56,057 nt of DNA, from NCBI GenBank assembly GCA_903821355.1, contig CAIJKW010000049.1:1-56057 (forward strand). The letters are read 5' to 3'. Below are positions 48,389-56,057 of the stretch, piece by piece (positions within the stretch are counted from its first letter, which is position 1; each line of letters starts with the position of its first letter). The DNA comes from an uncultured bacterium (lineage in GTDB: Bacteria > Patescibacteriota > Minisyncoccia > Phycocordibacterales > CAIZLB01). A program made the position numbers and the translations under genes. The notes beneath the pieces are model-generated. The model saw only the letters and a list, made by a program, of their open reading frames with translations, searched no databases and had not been told where the DNA came from.

Positions 48389-50851
48389 TTATTTTACAGA
48401 GTAAACAGTTATGGCTTCTGTTTGTTTACCATCAGAGTCTATTTCAACAGCTTTTAGTTCATCTTCGAAATCACTAGAAGGTGTTTCTTTTGGAATATAA
48501 GAAAAAACAAAAGGTGATTCAATTGATTTTCCTATCGACATACCGTTTATATAATATTCTACAGAAACAGCTTTTTGTCCCAACCCAGAAACCATTATTG
48601 TTTGTCTAGATGTTTTGTCTATTGTTGAAAATTTAACAGGTGATGTTATTCTAAATCCACCACTATTTAAGTTTGAATTATTGTTTGTGTTGTTTGCATT
48701 ACTACCAACCAACCCTAAAGCTTGTGATCCTGTTGACCAATTTGCAACACCATATTCCCAGTTTCTAAACTGTTCGTCTGTAGAGTTCATTCCAGGGGCA
48801 GCTCCTTTTGGATTATTTTTGTTTACCCAATATAACTCTGAGTGAACTTCATTTCCCGGCCCCATCCAAGCTCCAGTTAAGAAAGGTTTTAATCCTGTTT
48901 CACTAGACTCTGGCGCCTCAAAATTTTCAACAGGAATTTTTGTTAGTTCATAATCCATAATACTTTTCCATAAAGGGCTCACAATTCTCGCTGAGGCTTG
49001 TTGTGCCATTGGGGTGTTATCATTGTTTCCCATCCATGCCCCGATTGAGATACTTGGTGTGTATCCAATTGACCAAGCATCTCTAGAGTTGTTTGTGGTA
49101 CCTGTTTTAATAGCAACCTGTCTGTCTCCAAAATAGCTTCTAGAAAAAATAGACGATCTAGCGTTTGCATCAGATAGTACATCGTTAATTAATCTGGCTG
49201 TTTGTTGGGGTATAACTTGTTTTGTTGGAGCGATATCTGGTGCTTTTTCTAAAACCTCACCCTTTTCAGTTTCTATTTTTAAAACAGATATCACTGGTGT
49301 TTTTTGACCATCGTTTGCAAAAACTCCATAAGCCGAAGTCATATCCAATGGAGAAACTTCACCACCTCCAAGAGCCAAAGACAATCCATATTGAGAGGCT
49401 GAACCCAAATCATTAATACCCACAGCTGTGGCTGTTTTTATGGTATCGTCTATCCCAGCTAAATACATAACCTTAACAGATGGGATGTTTCTTGATTGTG
49501 CCAAGGCTGATCTAAAATTCATTAAGCCCTTGTATCCACCCTCGTAATTTTGAGGAGAGTAACATTTTGAGGTTGGGTCAGAGCTACTATTATCACCTAA
49601 GGGTGAACAATTTACATTAAACTCTGTTGAAACATCGTAAAGTGGTGTGTCAGGTGTATATCCTTTTGTAAATGCTGTTGCATAAGCAAATGGCTTAAAA
49701 GCTGAACCTGGTTGTCTATGTGCTGTTGCAACATTAAAGTTTCCGTTGTTGTTTTTATCGAAATAATCTTTTGATCCAACCATCATTAATATTTGACCCG
49801 TCTTTGGATCTGTTGCAACAACAGCGGCGTTTGTTGCTTTAAACGCTGGACCATTTTTTGTTATATAATTGTAAACCAAATCCTCTGATTTTTGTTGCAG
49901 ATCATAATCAAGTGTTGTTGTTATTTTTAAACCCCCTTTTGCCAACAACTCCTCTCCATATTTTTCTACTAAATAATCTTTGACATACATAACAAAATGA
50001 GGAGCTTTTATTCCAGCGATTGATTTTGGTTGAAATACAACCTTCTCATTTAAGGCTTTGTTATACTCGTCTTCTGTGATCGTTTTGGCATCAAAAGCTT
50101 TCTTGAGCACAAGATTTTTTCTAGCTTCAAGTTTATCTTTGTTTTTTCCATAAGGGGAAAGTGTTGTTGGAGATTGGGGGAGGGAAGCCAAATAAGCCGA
50201 CTCCGCAAGGGTTAAATCTTTTGATTTTTTATTAAAATAAAGAGAACTAGCTTCTTCTATACCATAAATATTACCCCCATAAGGCGCCTCATTCAAATAC
50301 ATATTCAAAATAGTGTCTTTTGAGGTGTTTTGTTCTAATTTAATAGCTAAAATCCATTCTTTAATTTTTCTGGTGACATTTTTATCTTGAGACAATAATG
50401 AGTTTTTAACTACTTGTTGTGTAATTGTAGAACCACCTTGGCTGAATTTTAAAGAGAAAATATTTGCAATAATAGCTCTTAATATTGAGCTAACTTTAAT
50501 ACCCCCATGGTTGTAAAAATCAACATCTTCAATTGCAATTGTTGTTTTTTTAACATAAGGAGAAATTTGGTCAAAAGGTGTTACTGTTCTTCTGACTTTT
50601 TCACTCAAATCATAAAGCAAAACATTTCCTGTTCTGTCATAAATTTTAGCAGACTGACCAAGTAATCTATCATCAAAAGATGATAGATCTGGTGTTTTAA
50701 TGGTTGAGGCCCAGATTACGAAAAATCCAGTCAAAATAAGTAGACAAACAATCAAAACCAAGACGACGTCTCTAATTACATACTTAATTTGTTTTTTGCC
50801 TCTTCTGCGGTTCATAAAATCACCAATCTTTTTTTTGTAGTATTTAAACAT
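48389..50851 (-). CDS. Class A penicillin-binding protein (PBP1A-like) with C-terminal Ig-like domain
   Basis: AIEDVDFYNHGG, QGGSTITQQ, RKIKE, RQPGSAFKPF, SRN, KTGT. Confidence 0.95.
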   Translation of the reverse strand: MFKYYKKKIGDFMNRRRGKKQIKYVIRDVVLVLIVCLLILTGFFVIWASTIKTPDLSSFDDRLLGQSAKIYDRTGNVLLYDLSEKVRRTVTPFDQISPYVKKTTIAIEDVDFYNHGGIKVSSILRAIIANIFSLKFSQGGSTITQQVVKNSLLSQDKNVTRKIKEWILAIKLEQNTSKDTILNMYLNEAPYGGNIYGIEEASSLYFNKKSKDLTLAESAYLASLPQSPTTLSPYGKNKDKLEARKNLVLKKAFDAKTITEDEYNKALNEKVVFQPKSIAGIKAPHFVMYVKDYLVEKYGEELLAKGGLKITTTLDYDLQQKSEDLVYNYITKNGPAFKATNAAVVATDPKTGQILMMVGSKDYFDKNNNGNFNVATAHRQPGSAFKPFAYATAFTKGYTPDTPLYDVSTEFNVNCSPLGDNSSSDPTSKCYSPQNYEGGYKGLMNFRSALAQSRNIPSVKVMYLAGIDDTIKTATAVGINDLGSASQYGLSLALGGGEVSPLDMTSAYGVFANDGQKTPVISVLKIETEKGEVLEKAPDIAPTKQVIPQQTARLINDVLSDANARSSIFSRSYFGDRQVAIKTGTTNNSRDAWSIGYTPSISIGAWMGNNDNTPMAQQASARIVSPLWKSIMDYELTKIPVENFEAPESSETGLKPFLTGAWMGPGNEVHSELYWVNKNNPKGAAPGMNSTDEQFRNWEYGVANWSTGSQALGLVGSNANNTNNNSNLNSGGFRITSPVKFSTIDKTSRQTIMVSGLGQKAVSVEYYINGMSIGKSIESPFVFSYIPKETPSSDFEDELKAVEIDSDGKQTEAITVYSVK

Positions 50852-50918
50852 TTTGTTTTTTTAAATCAAACCATATTATACATTTTATACACCAAAAAGC
50901 CACTAAAAATACACAAGA

Positions 50919-50953
50919 AAAAACACTCATTTTATTCTTAAAAGAGTGTTTTT
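50919..50953. terminator. Intrinsic terminator
   Basis: AAAAACACTC...GAGTGTTTTT downstream of the acidic ORF. Confidence 0.65.
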
Positions 50954-50983
50954 AATATAAATGATTATAGGTTTTTGTCTAAT

Positions 50984-51265
50984 TTAAAACAAATCCTCAC
51001 TAATTTCATCCTCAGGTTCATCCTCATCATCTCCTGCTGCAACAAATTCTCCGTTTTCATCCAAAATACCACCAGCTTCACCAAAACCAAAAGGGTCTTC
51101 TGTGTCCTCCTTCTCTGGATCCTCAGCTCCTTCCACAGCTAAATCCTCAACCTCCTCAGGTTCGTCAATGATGGCTGATGGGTCTATATCATCAACCTCC
51201 TTCTCCTCAACCTCATCTAAATCCAAAGCGTCCCCATTATTTGTTGTGTCTAGTTCGTCAACCAT
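50984..51265 (-). CDS. Hyper-acidic small protein
   Basis: 93 aa, about 41 Asp/Glu, 2 Lys, no Arg; followed by a terminator. Confidence 0.78.
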   Translation of the reverse strand: MVDELDTTNNGDALDLDEVEEKEVDDIDPSAIIDEPEEVEDLAVEGAEDPEKEDTEDPFGFGEAGGILDENGEFVAAGDDEDEPEDEISEDLF

Positions 51266-51383
51266 AATTATGTATTTAATTTATTATTAAAATGCTTATT
51301 TGATATATTTATCACATCAATAGAAATATGCAAGAAAAACTGTGGATATTTATTAAAAAGCTATCATTTTATTGAATAGTTCT

Positions 51384-51857
51384 TTAGTATTTTAGAAACG
51401 CTCCACAAGCGAGTCCACAGGCAATAGCGTCGTATTCATCATCTGTGGCTTTTTTGTCCATGTTTAAAATTAATTTAACCATTTTTGTTACTTGGTGTTT
51501 GTCACTTTTACCATCACTTGTAACAGCTAGTTTTATTTCCATTGGATTGATCTCCTTAATAATTAGATTGTTTTTTTTACAAACATAAATTATCACACCC
51601 CTTGTTTCAGCCACCCTCATCGCTGTTTTTGTGTTTTTACTAAAAAACAAAGTTTCAATAGCAAGAACAGAAGGTTTGTGGAATCTAATTATTTCCTCTA
51701 ATTTATCACCAATTTCAAACAAACGTTCTTCAAAAGGTTTTTTGGCGTCTGTTTTAAAACACTCAGAATGTATCAAGGTCTCTTTTTTACCCTGCTCTTT
51801 GTTTATGATTGCAATACCTAATCTTTCATATCCAGGGTCTATTGCTAGTATCTTCAT
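51384..51857 (-). CDS. ruvC: Holliday junction resolvase RuvC
   Basis: ILAIDPG, AIETLFF, AETRGVI, DDEYDAIA. Confidence 0.95.
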   Translation of the reverse strand: MKILAIDPGYERLGIAIINKEQGKKETLIHSECFKTDAKKPFEERLFEIGDKLEEIIRFHKPSVLAIETLFFSKNTKTAMRVAETRGVIIYVCKKNNLIIKEINPMEIKLAVTSDGKSDKHQVTKMVKLILNMDKKATDDEYDAIACGLACGAFLKY

Positions 51858-51896
51858 TTTTATCGTTTGTTAAATATGTTTTTCTAATCACTCAAT

Positions 51897-52946
51897 CTAT
51901 GCAAATTTAATTTGTTTTTCCTCCGGATAATCAAGTCCTAAATGGGCATACCCTTGAGGTGTAACAACACGACCTCTTGGTGTTCTTTCTATAAAACCAA
52001 GTTGTATTAGATAGGGTTCACTAAATTCTTCTATTGTTGCTTCATCTTCTGAAAGAGACGCTGCGATGGTGCCCAAACCAACCGGGCCGCCATTATATTT
52101 TTCAACAATAGTACTAAGTATTGATCTATCCATCGCTGTTAAACCTCTTCTGTCTATAGAAAGTAAGGACAAAGCCTCTTCAACAACATCTTTGGTTAAT
52201 TGTTTTTTTAGAACCTGTGCATAATCCCGGCACCTCTTTAATAAGTAGTTTGCTGTACGGGGAGTGGACCTGCTTCTTTTTGAAATTTCAGCCATGGCAC
52301 CTTCGTCAATATTCATGTTTAAAATTTTTGCTGATCTTGAGATTATTTTTTCTATTTCTTTTTCTGTGTAAAATTCTAATCTAAACACTCCACCAGAGAA
52401 TCTTGAACGAAGAGGGGATGATATCATTGCCACACGTGTTGTTGCAGAGATCAGGGTAAAGGGTGGTAAATCTAGTTGAATTGTTCTTGCTGACGGTCCT
52501 TTTCCAATGATAATGTCTATTTGACCAGATTCCATGGCGGGATAAAGGACTTCCTCAACAGTTTTGTTTAAGCGATGTATTTCGTCGATAAAAAGAATAT
52601 CTCCTGGGGAAAGGTTTGTTAGCACTGACGCCAAATCTCCCACACGCTCTATTACAGGCCCAGAGGTGACTTTTATTTGGGAACCAGTCTCTTTGGCAAT
52701 AAGATGGGCCATGGTTGTTTTACCTAAACCTGGGGGACCGTAGAACAAAAGGTGTTCTGGTGGGTGATTTCTCTCTTTTGCGGCTGTCAGCAGTATTTTA
52801 AGGTTGTTTTTGATCTGTTCCTGGCCTATATACTCTTCAAAATTATTTGGTCTAAGTTCTTGGTCAAGAACCTTATCCCCAGATTTTTCTAGGGTTTCAT
52901 CAGAGACAGGTTCATTTATAAGGGTTTTATTAAAATCTTGGGTCAT
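51897..52946 (-). CDS. ruvB: Holliday junction branch-migration ATPase RuvB
   Basis: LRP..F.EYIGQ, GPPGLGKTT, FIDEIHRL, PLRSRF, EPYL, RTPRGR. Confidence 0.98.
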   Translation of the reverse strand: MTQDFNKTLINEPVSDETLEKSGDKVLDQELRPNNFEEYIGQEQIKNNLKILLTAAKERNHPPEHLLFYGPPGLGKTTMAHLIAKETGSQIKVTSGPVIERVGDLASVLTNLSPGDILFIDEIHRLNKTVEEVLYPAMESGQIDIIIGKGPSARTIQLDLPPFTLISATTRVAMISSPLRSRFSGGVFRLEFYTEKEIEKIISRSAKILNMNIDEGAMAEISKRSRSTPRTANYLLKRCRDYAQVLKKQLTKDVVEEALSLLSIDRRGLTAMDRSILSTIVEKYNGGPVGLGTIAASLSEDEATIEEFSEPYLIQLGFIERTPRGRVVTPQGYAHLGLDYPEEKQIKFA

Positions 52947-52995
52947 TGTTGTGTCTATTGTTTATATTTTAACCCTTAATTAAAATAATGCCTGC

Positions 52996-53024
52996 TTGAC
53001 AGAAAAAAGTAAGCATGCTAAGAT
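52996..53024 (+). promoter_or_regulatory. Near-consensus sigma70 promoter facing an ORF-free region
   Basis: TTGACA 52996-53001, 17 bp, TG extension, TAAGAT 53019-53024. Confidence 0.7.
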
Positions 53025-53030
53025 GTTTAA

Positions 53031-53298
53031 GACTTTGAAATGTACTTGCAACAAAGAGTGATGGGGTGTTAAAATAAGACTCTTTGTAATTCGCATACAA
53101 AATAGGAAAGAAAAAGAGGTTTACAAACGGCTCCTTAAATCTCTAAGCGATACAACCTTCGCGGGTCTATCGGTTTTTCTTAAAGGACGTACTGGTGCGG
53201 GCTTTATGCCACGTTCCTGGTACTATCCTTAAAGAACTATCGGGCTTTAGGTCTTAGGACTTAAAGCATCGCTTAGAGATTTAAAGTGCTGTTTTTTT
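53031..53298 (+). ncRNA. Structured non-coding RNA, 6S-like candidate
   Basis: 17-bp perfect closing stem 53135-53151/53268-53284, internal bubble, G-U-rich inner rod, 3' T tract, own promoter. Confidence 0.6.
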
Positions 53299-53458
53299 AT
53301 GTCAATTTTTTAAATTTAGTTATTTTTCAAAACAACCAAATTACTTTCTTTAAAATTGATAAAGTAACAATACCTTTCTGCCCAACTTAAGTCAACGAAC
53401 ATATACACAGTTTTGTTTTTCAATAAGTGTTTAATCAAAGTGTCAAATACTTCCGATT

Positions 53459-55174
53459 TTAAATTATACTAGGCTCTTCAAACATTTCATCTTTTGCTAG
53501 GTCCACAACACGCTCCAACTCTTCAAAAGAAGTTACCCCTTTCAAAACCTTTACAACACCATCTTGTCTCAAATCTAAAAATCCTTGTTTTTTGGCTACA
53601 GCCTTTATTTCTCTTTCACTTGGGTTTTCTCTAACGATTCTTTCGATTGAGGCATCTGTTAATATTAGCTCATGAATACCTGTTCTGTCGTAATAACCAG
53701 TGTTATTACATTTGATACAACCAACCGCGGTATATATTTCTGTTGGTTTCTGTAAAAAATCTTTTCCTTCTTCAAAATCTTTAATTGATTCTAAAACATC
53801 ATTAACTAAATCAACCCTTTCTGTTGGTATTGGAATCTTCTTTTTGCACGATTCACACAGAACTCTAACTAAACGTTGTGCAATAGCAACGTGAATTGCA
53901 GATGTTAGAGTTTTTGGATCAGCGCCAAGGTCTATTAATCTAGTAAATGTTCCAGCGGCATTGTTTGTGTGGAGTGTAGAAAAAACCAAGTGACCAGTTA
54001 GAGCTGCGTTAATCGCAGTTATTGCTGTTTCGGCATCTCTAATTTCTCCAACCATTATAATGTCTGGGTCTTGTCTCATTGCAGACTTAAGGCCAGCTTC
54101 AAAAGTATAACCCTTAGATTCTTCAACTTGAGTCTGAACGATTCCTGGAAGGTGGTATTCAACAGGGTCTTCTATCGTAATAATTTTATATTCTGGATTA
54201 GAAACTTCTCTAAGGAACGCATAAAGGGTTGTTGTTTTACCAGATCCTGTTGGTCCTGTTGTTAAAATTAAACCGTTTGGTCTTGCTGTTTCCTTTCTTA
54301 TTGCCTCAAGAAAGCGTTTTGACATACCAAGTTTTTCCATCGTAACCATTATAGATTCCGGGTTTAATATACGCATTACAACAGATTCGCCATAAGACCC
54401 CGGTATTGTTGAGGTTCTTATTTCAATGTCGGTGTTTTTAATTTTAACTGTAAACCTACCATCTTGTGAGTTTTCTTTAATATTAAGTTTTAATCCAGAA
54501 AGTAATTTTATTCTAGAAAGAGTTAATTCATAAGTTTCTTTATCAAATTCTGAGATGGTAGTGAGAACTCCGTCGATTCTATATCTAAGTCTTGCGTTAA
54601 ACTCTCCAACTTCCATGTGTATATCAGACGATTTTGTGGAAAGAGCCCCCGCCATCATAATTGAAAGCATTTTTGAAACACGGTGTGTTTTCTTCATCTC
54701 AAGAGCTTCTTTGATCCAACCTGCTATATCCTCAATCTTTTCAGCTCTTTGAACAAGAGACTCAATCTCTTCGTTTGATATATCAAGTGACCCTGCTTCT
54801 GTTTCTGATGCAAAAGAAATATCCTTGTATCTCTCCCAAGCTTTGTTTAAACTATGCATTGAGGCTATAAAAACTATTGATTTATAACCCTTTCTCTCTA
54901 GGTTATCCAAAACATCTTTTGTCTCAACACTTTCAGGTGAGTGAACCGCTACAGAGATCTTTGTTCCAACGATATCAAAGACAGCAACTAGCCCTGCTCT
55001 TGCTGTTTCCTCATCTATTAGCTTAAGACCGTCAGAATTAATGGAAACTTTTGTTAGATCTATATATGTTATATTGTATTTATCAGCAAGTATTTGCATG
55101 GAAGCCTCTTCTTCATCAAGAAGCAACTGCTTCATCCTAGAGTTTTGTTTGTCTTCATCAAAATGAATTGTCAT
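53459..55174 (-). CDS. pilB: Type IV pilus assembly ATPase PilB/GspE
   Basis: SDIH, RYRIDG, QDGRF, GPTGSGKTTT, EDPVEY, RQDPDIIMVGEIRD, STLHTN, two CxxC pairs. Confidence 0.95.
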   Translation of the reverse strand: MTIHFDEDKQNSRMKQLLLDEEEASMQILADKYNITYIDLTKVSINSDGLKLIDEETARAGLVAVFDIVGTKISVAVHSPESVETKDVLDNLERKGYKSIVFIASMHSLNKAWERYKDISFASETEAGSLDISNEEIESLVQRAEKIEDIAGWIKEALEMKKTHRVSKMLSIMMAGALSTKSSDIHMEVGEFNARLRYRIDGVLTTISEFDKETYELTLSRIKLLSGLKLNIKENSQDGRFTVKIKNTDIEIRTSTIPGSYGESVVMRILNPESIMVTMEKLGMSKRFLEAIRKETARPNGLILTTGPTGSGKTTTLYAFLREVSNPEYKIITIEDPVEYHLPGIVQTQVEESKGYTFEAGLKSAMRQDPDIIMVGEIRDAETAITAINAALTGHLVFSTLHTNNAAGTFTRLIDLGADPKTLTSAIHVAIAQRLVRVLCESCKKKIPIPTERVDLVNDVLESIKDFEEGKDFLQKPTEIYTAVGCIKCNNTGYYDRTGIHELILTDASIERIVRENPSEREIKAVAKKQGFLDLRQDGVVKVLKGVTSFEELERVVDLAKDEMFEEPSII

Positions 55175-55321
55175 AACATTATTTTATACTGTTTTTGTAT
55201 AATGTGCCAATAAATAGAGCGTTGACATAATTATTTGCAAATAAATAGCCTGTTTTTTGTTTGACGAAAGATGTTGACAGGGATACAATTATTGTATTGT
55301 TAAAATAACAAAATAATATTT

Positions 55322-56057
55322 ATGTATAGAACACCAGATATGTTTGGTCCAAAAACACCCGGGAACATTCCAGAAGAGGCTAAAAAAGAGACACCCGCGG
55401 CGTTGCCAGATTTGGTGGCGGAAACCCCAGTAGAGCCGAGAAAAGAAGATGACCTTATAGGAAAAGAACTCAGTAGTTCTCAATCAGAACCACCTGAAGT
55501 TGCTTACTATGCAGAAAAAGAAAGAAACAAGCCAGCTGCTACAGCCAGTGAGCCTTGGACTGTAGATACAAGTTTGGCGGATAAATACGATCAAAAAGCT
55601 AAAGATGCATTAGAAGCAACAACAAAACACACTTCTCAAAAAGGATGGAATATGGAGGATGAAATAAAAAGGCGCAAAGAGGAGGATGTTAAGAATGGGG
55701 TTGTAAGTTTGGAAGATGAATATAAAAACAAAATAGATAATCCAACCTTGAGTGAGGCAGAACTTGTAGCTAGAGGTATATTATCAAAACCAACACCTCC
55801 TACCCCCGTGGTGACACCATCAGTTTCCGGATTACCCCCTATGCCCGGAGCACCTATAACACCTGGAACACCACCAACAGCGACAAATCCGATCCGTGGA
55901 AGATCTACTTCACTTGCTGGATTAGCACCTATGCCTGGAGTACCAGGCACACCTCCAGTTCCTGGAGTACCAGGCACACCTCCAGTTCCTGGAGTACCAG
56001 GCACACCTCCAGTTCCTGGAGTACCAGGCACACCTCCAGTTCCTGGAGTACCAGGCA
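55322..56057 (+). CDS. Pro-rich disordered protein, truncated at the window end
   Basis: Open frame MYRTPDMFGPKTPGNIPEE... to the end; promoter TTGACG-17-TACAAT at 55261-55289; missing from the ORF track because it has no stop. Confidence 0.8.
   Translation, partial: MYRTPDMFGPKTPGNIPEEAKKETPAALPDLVAETPVEPRKEDDLIGKELSSSQSEPPEVAYYAEKERNKPAATASEPWTVDTSLADKYDQKAKDALEATTKHTSQKGWNMEDEIKRRKEEDVKNGVVSLEDEYKNKIDNPTLSEAELVARGILSKPTPPTPVVTPSVSGLPPMPGAPITPGTPPTATNPIRGRSTSLAGLAPMPGVPGTPPVPGVPGTPPVPGVPGTPPVPGVPGTPPVPGVPG
55934..56057 (+). repeat. 27-bp perfect tandem repeat encoding PGVPGTPPV
   Basis: CCTGGAGTACCAGGCACACCTCCAGTT four times plus a partial copy at the window edge. Confidence 0.97.

Noticed and set aside
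53031-53298. RNase P RNA, tmRNA or SRP RNA identity for the structured element
   Set aside because: No GAGGAAAGUCC or P4 motifs, no tRNA-like ends, no SRP domain IV loop recognised
55636-56031. Minus-strand 131-aa Gly/Pro ORF
   Set aside because: Shadow of the plus-strand repeat protein, which has a promoter and start codon
55934-56057. Palindromic 27-bp repeats as a CRISPR array
   Set aside because: Head-to-tail copies with no spacers, in frame within a CDS, and no cas genes

Overview
A low-GC chromosomal segment that looks like Patescibacteria/CPR (Parcubacteria-type), inferred from PPIase-less trigger factor, RNase Y, multiple TrmB regulators, a PrgI/VirB4/pilin cluster and tRNA-Arg(UCG). 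It spans the replication origin (yidC-rnpA-rpmH | dnaA-oriC-dnaN) and carries housekeeping genes (nusA, tig, rsmE, clpP, rny, HU, cca, xth, Xer recombinase, rpsO, comM, pcrA, rsmA, PBP1A, ruvBC, pilB) and four tRNAs. Most notable: (1) three alternating divergent cassettes of a TrmB regulator plus a membrane-anchored Liv-type binding protein, with no permease or ATPase; (2) a roughly 14 kb T4SS-like cluster next to oriC with no relaxase or integrase, in which one secreted protein ends in a GH75 (chitosanase-like) domain; (3) a promoter-driven, ORF-free, rod-shaped RNA at about 53.03-53.30 kb (6S-like candidate) and a second structured element at about 18.5 kb; (4) parS-like palindromes, remote DnaA boxes and an unexplained TAAA[AG]GACA motif at 15.5-19 kb; (5) widespread leaderless promoter architecture. 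All calls come from reading motifs by eye; no database search or folding program was run.
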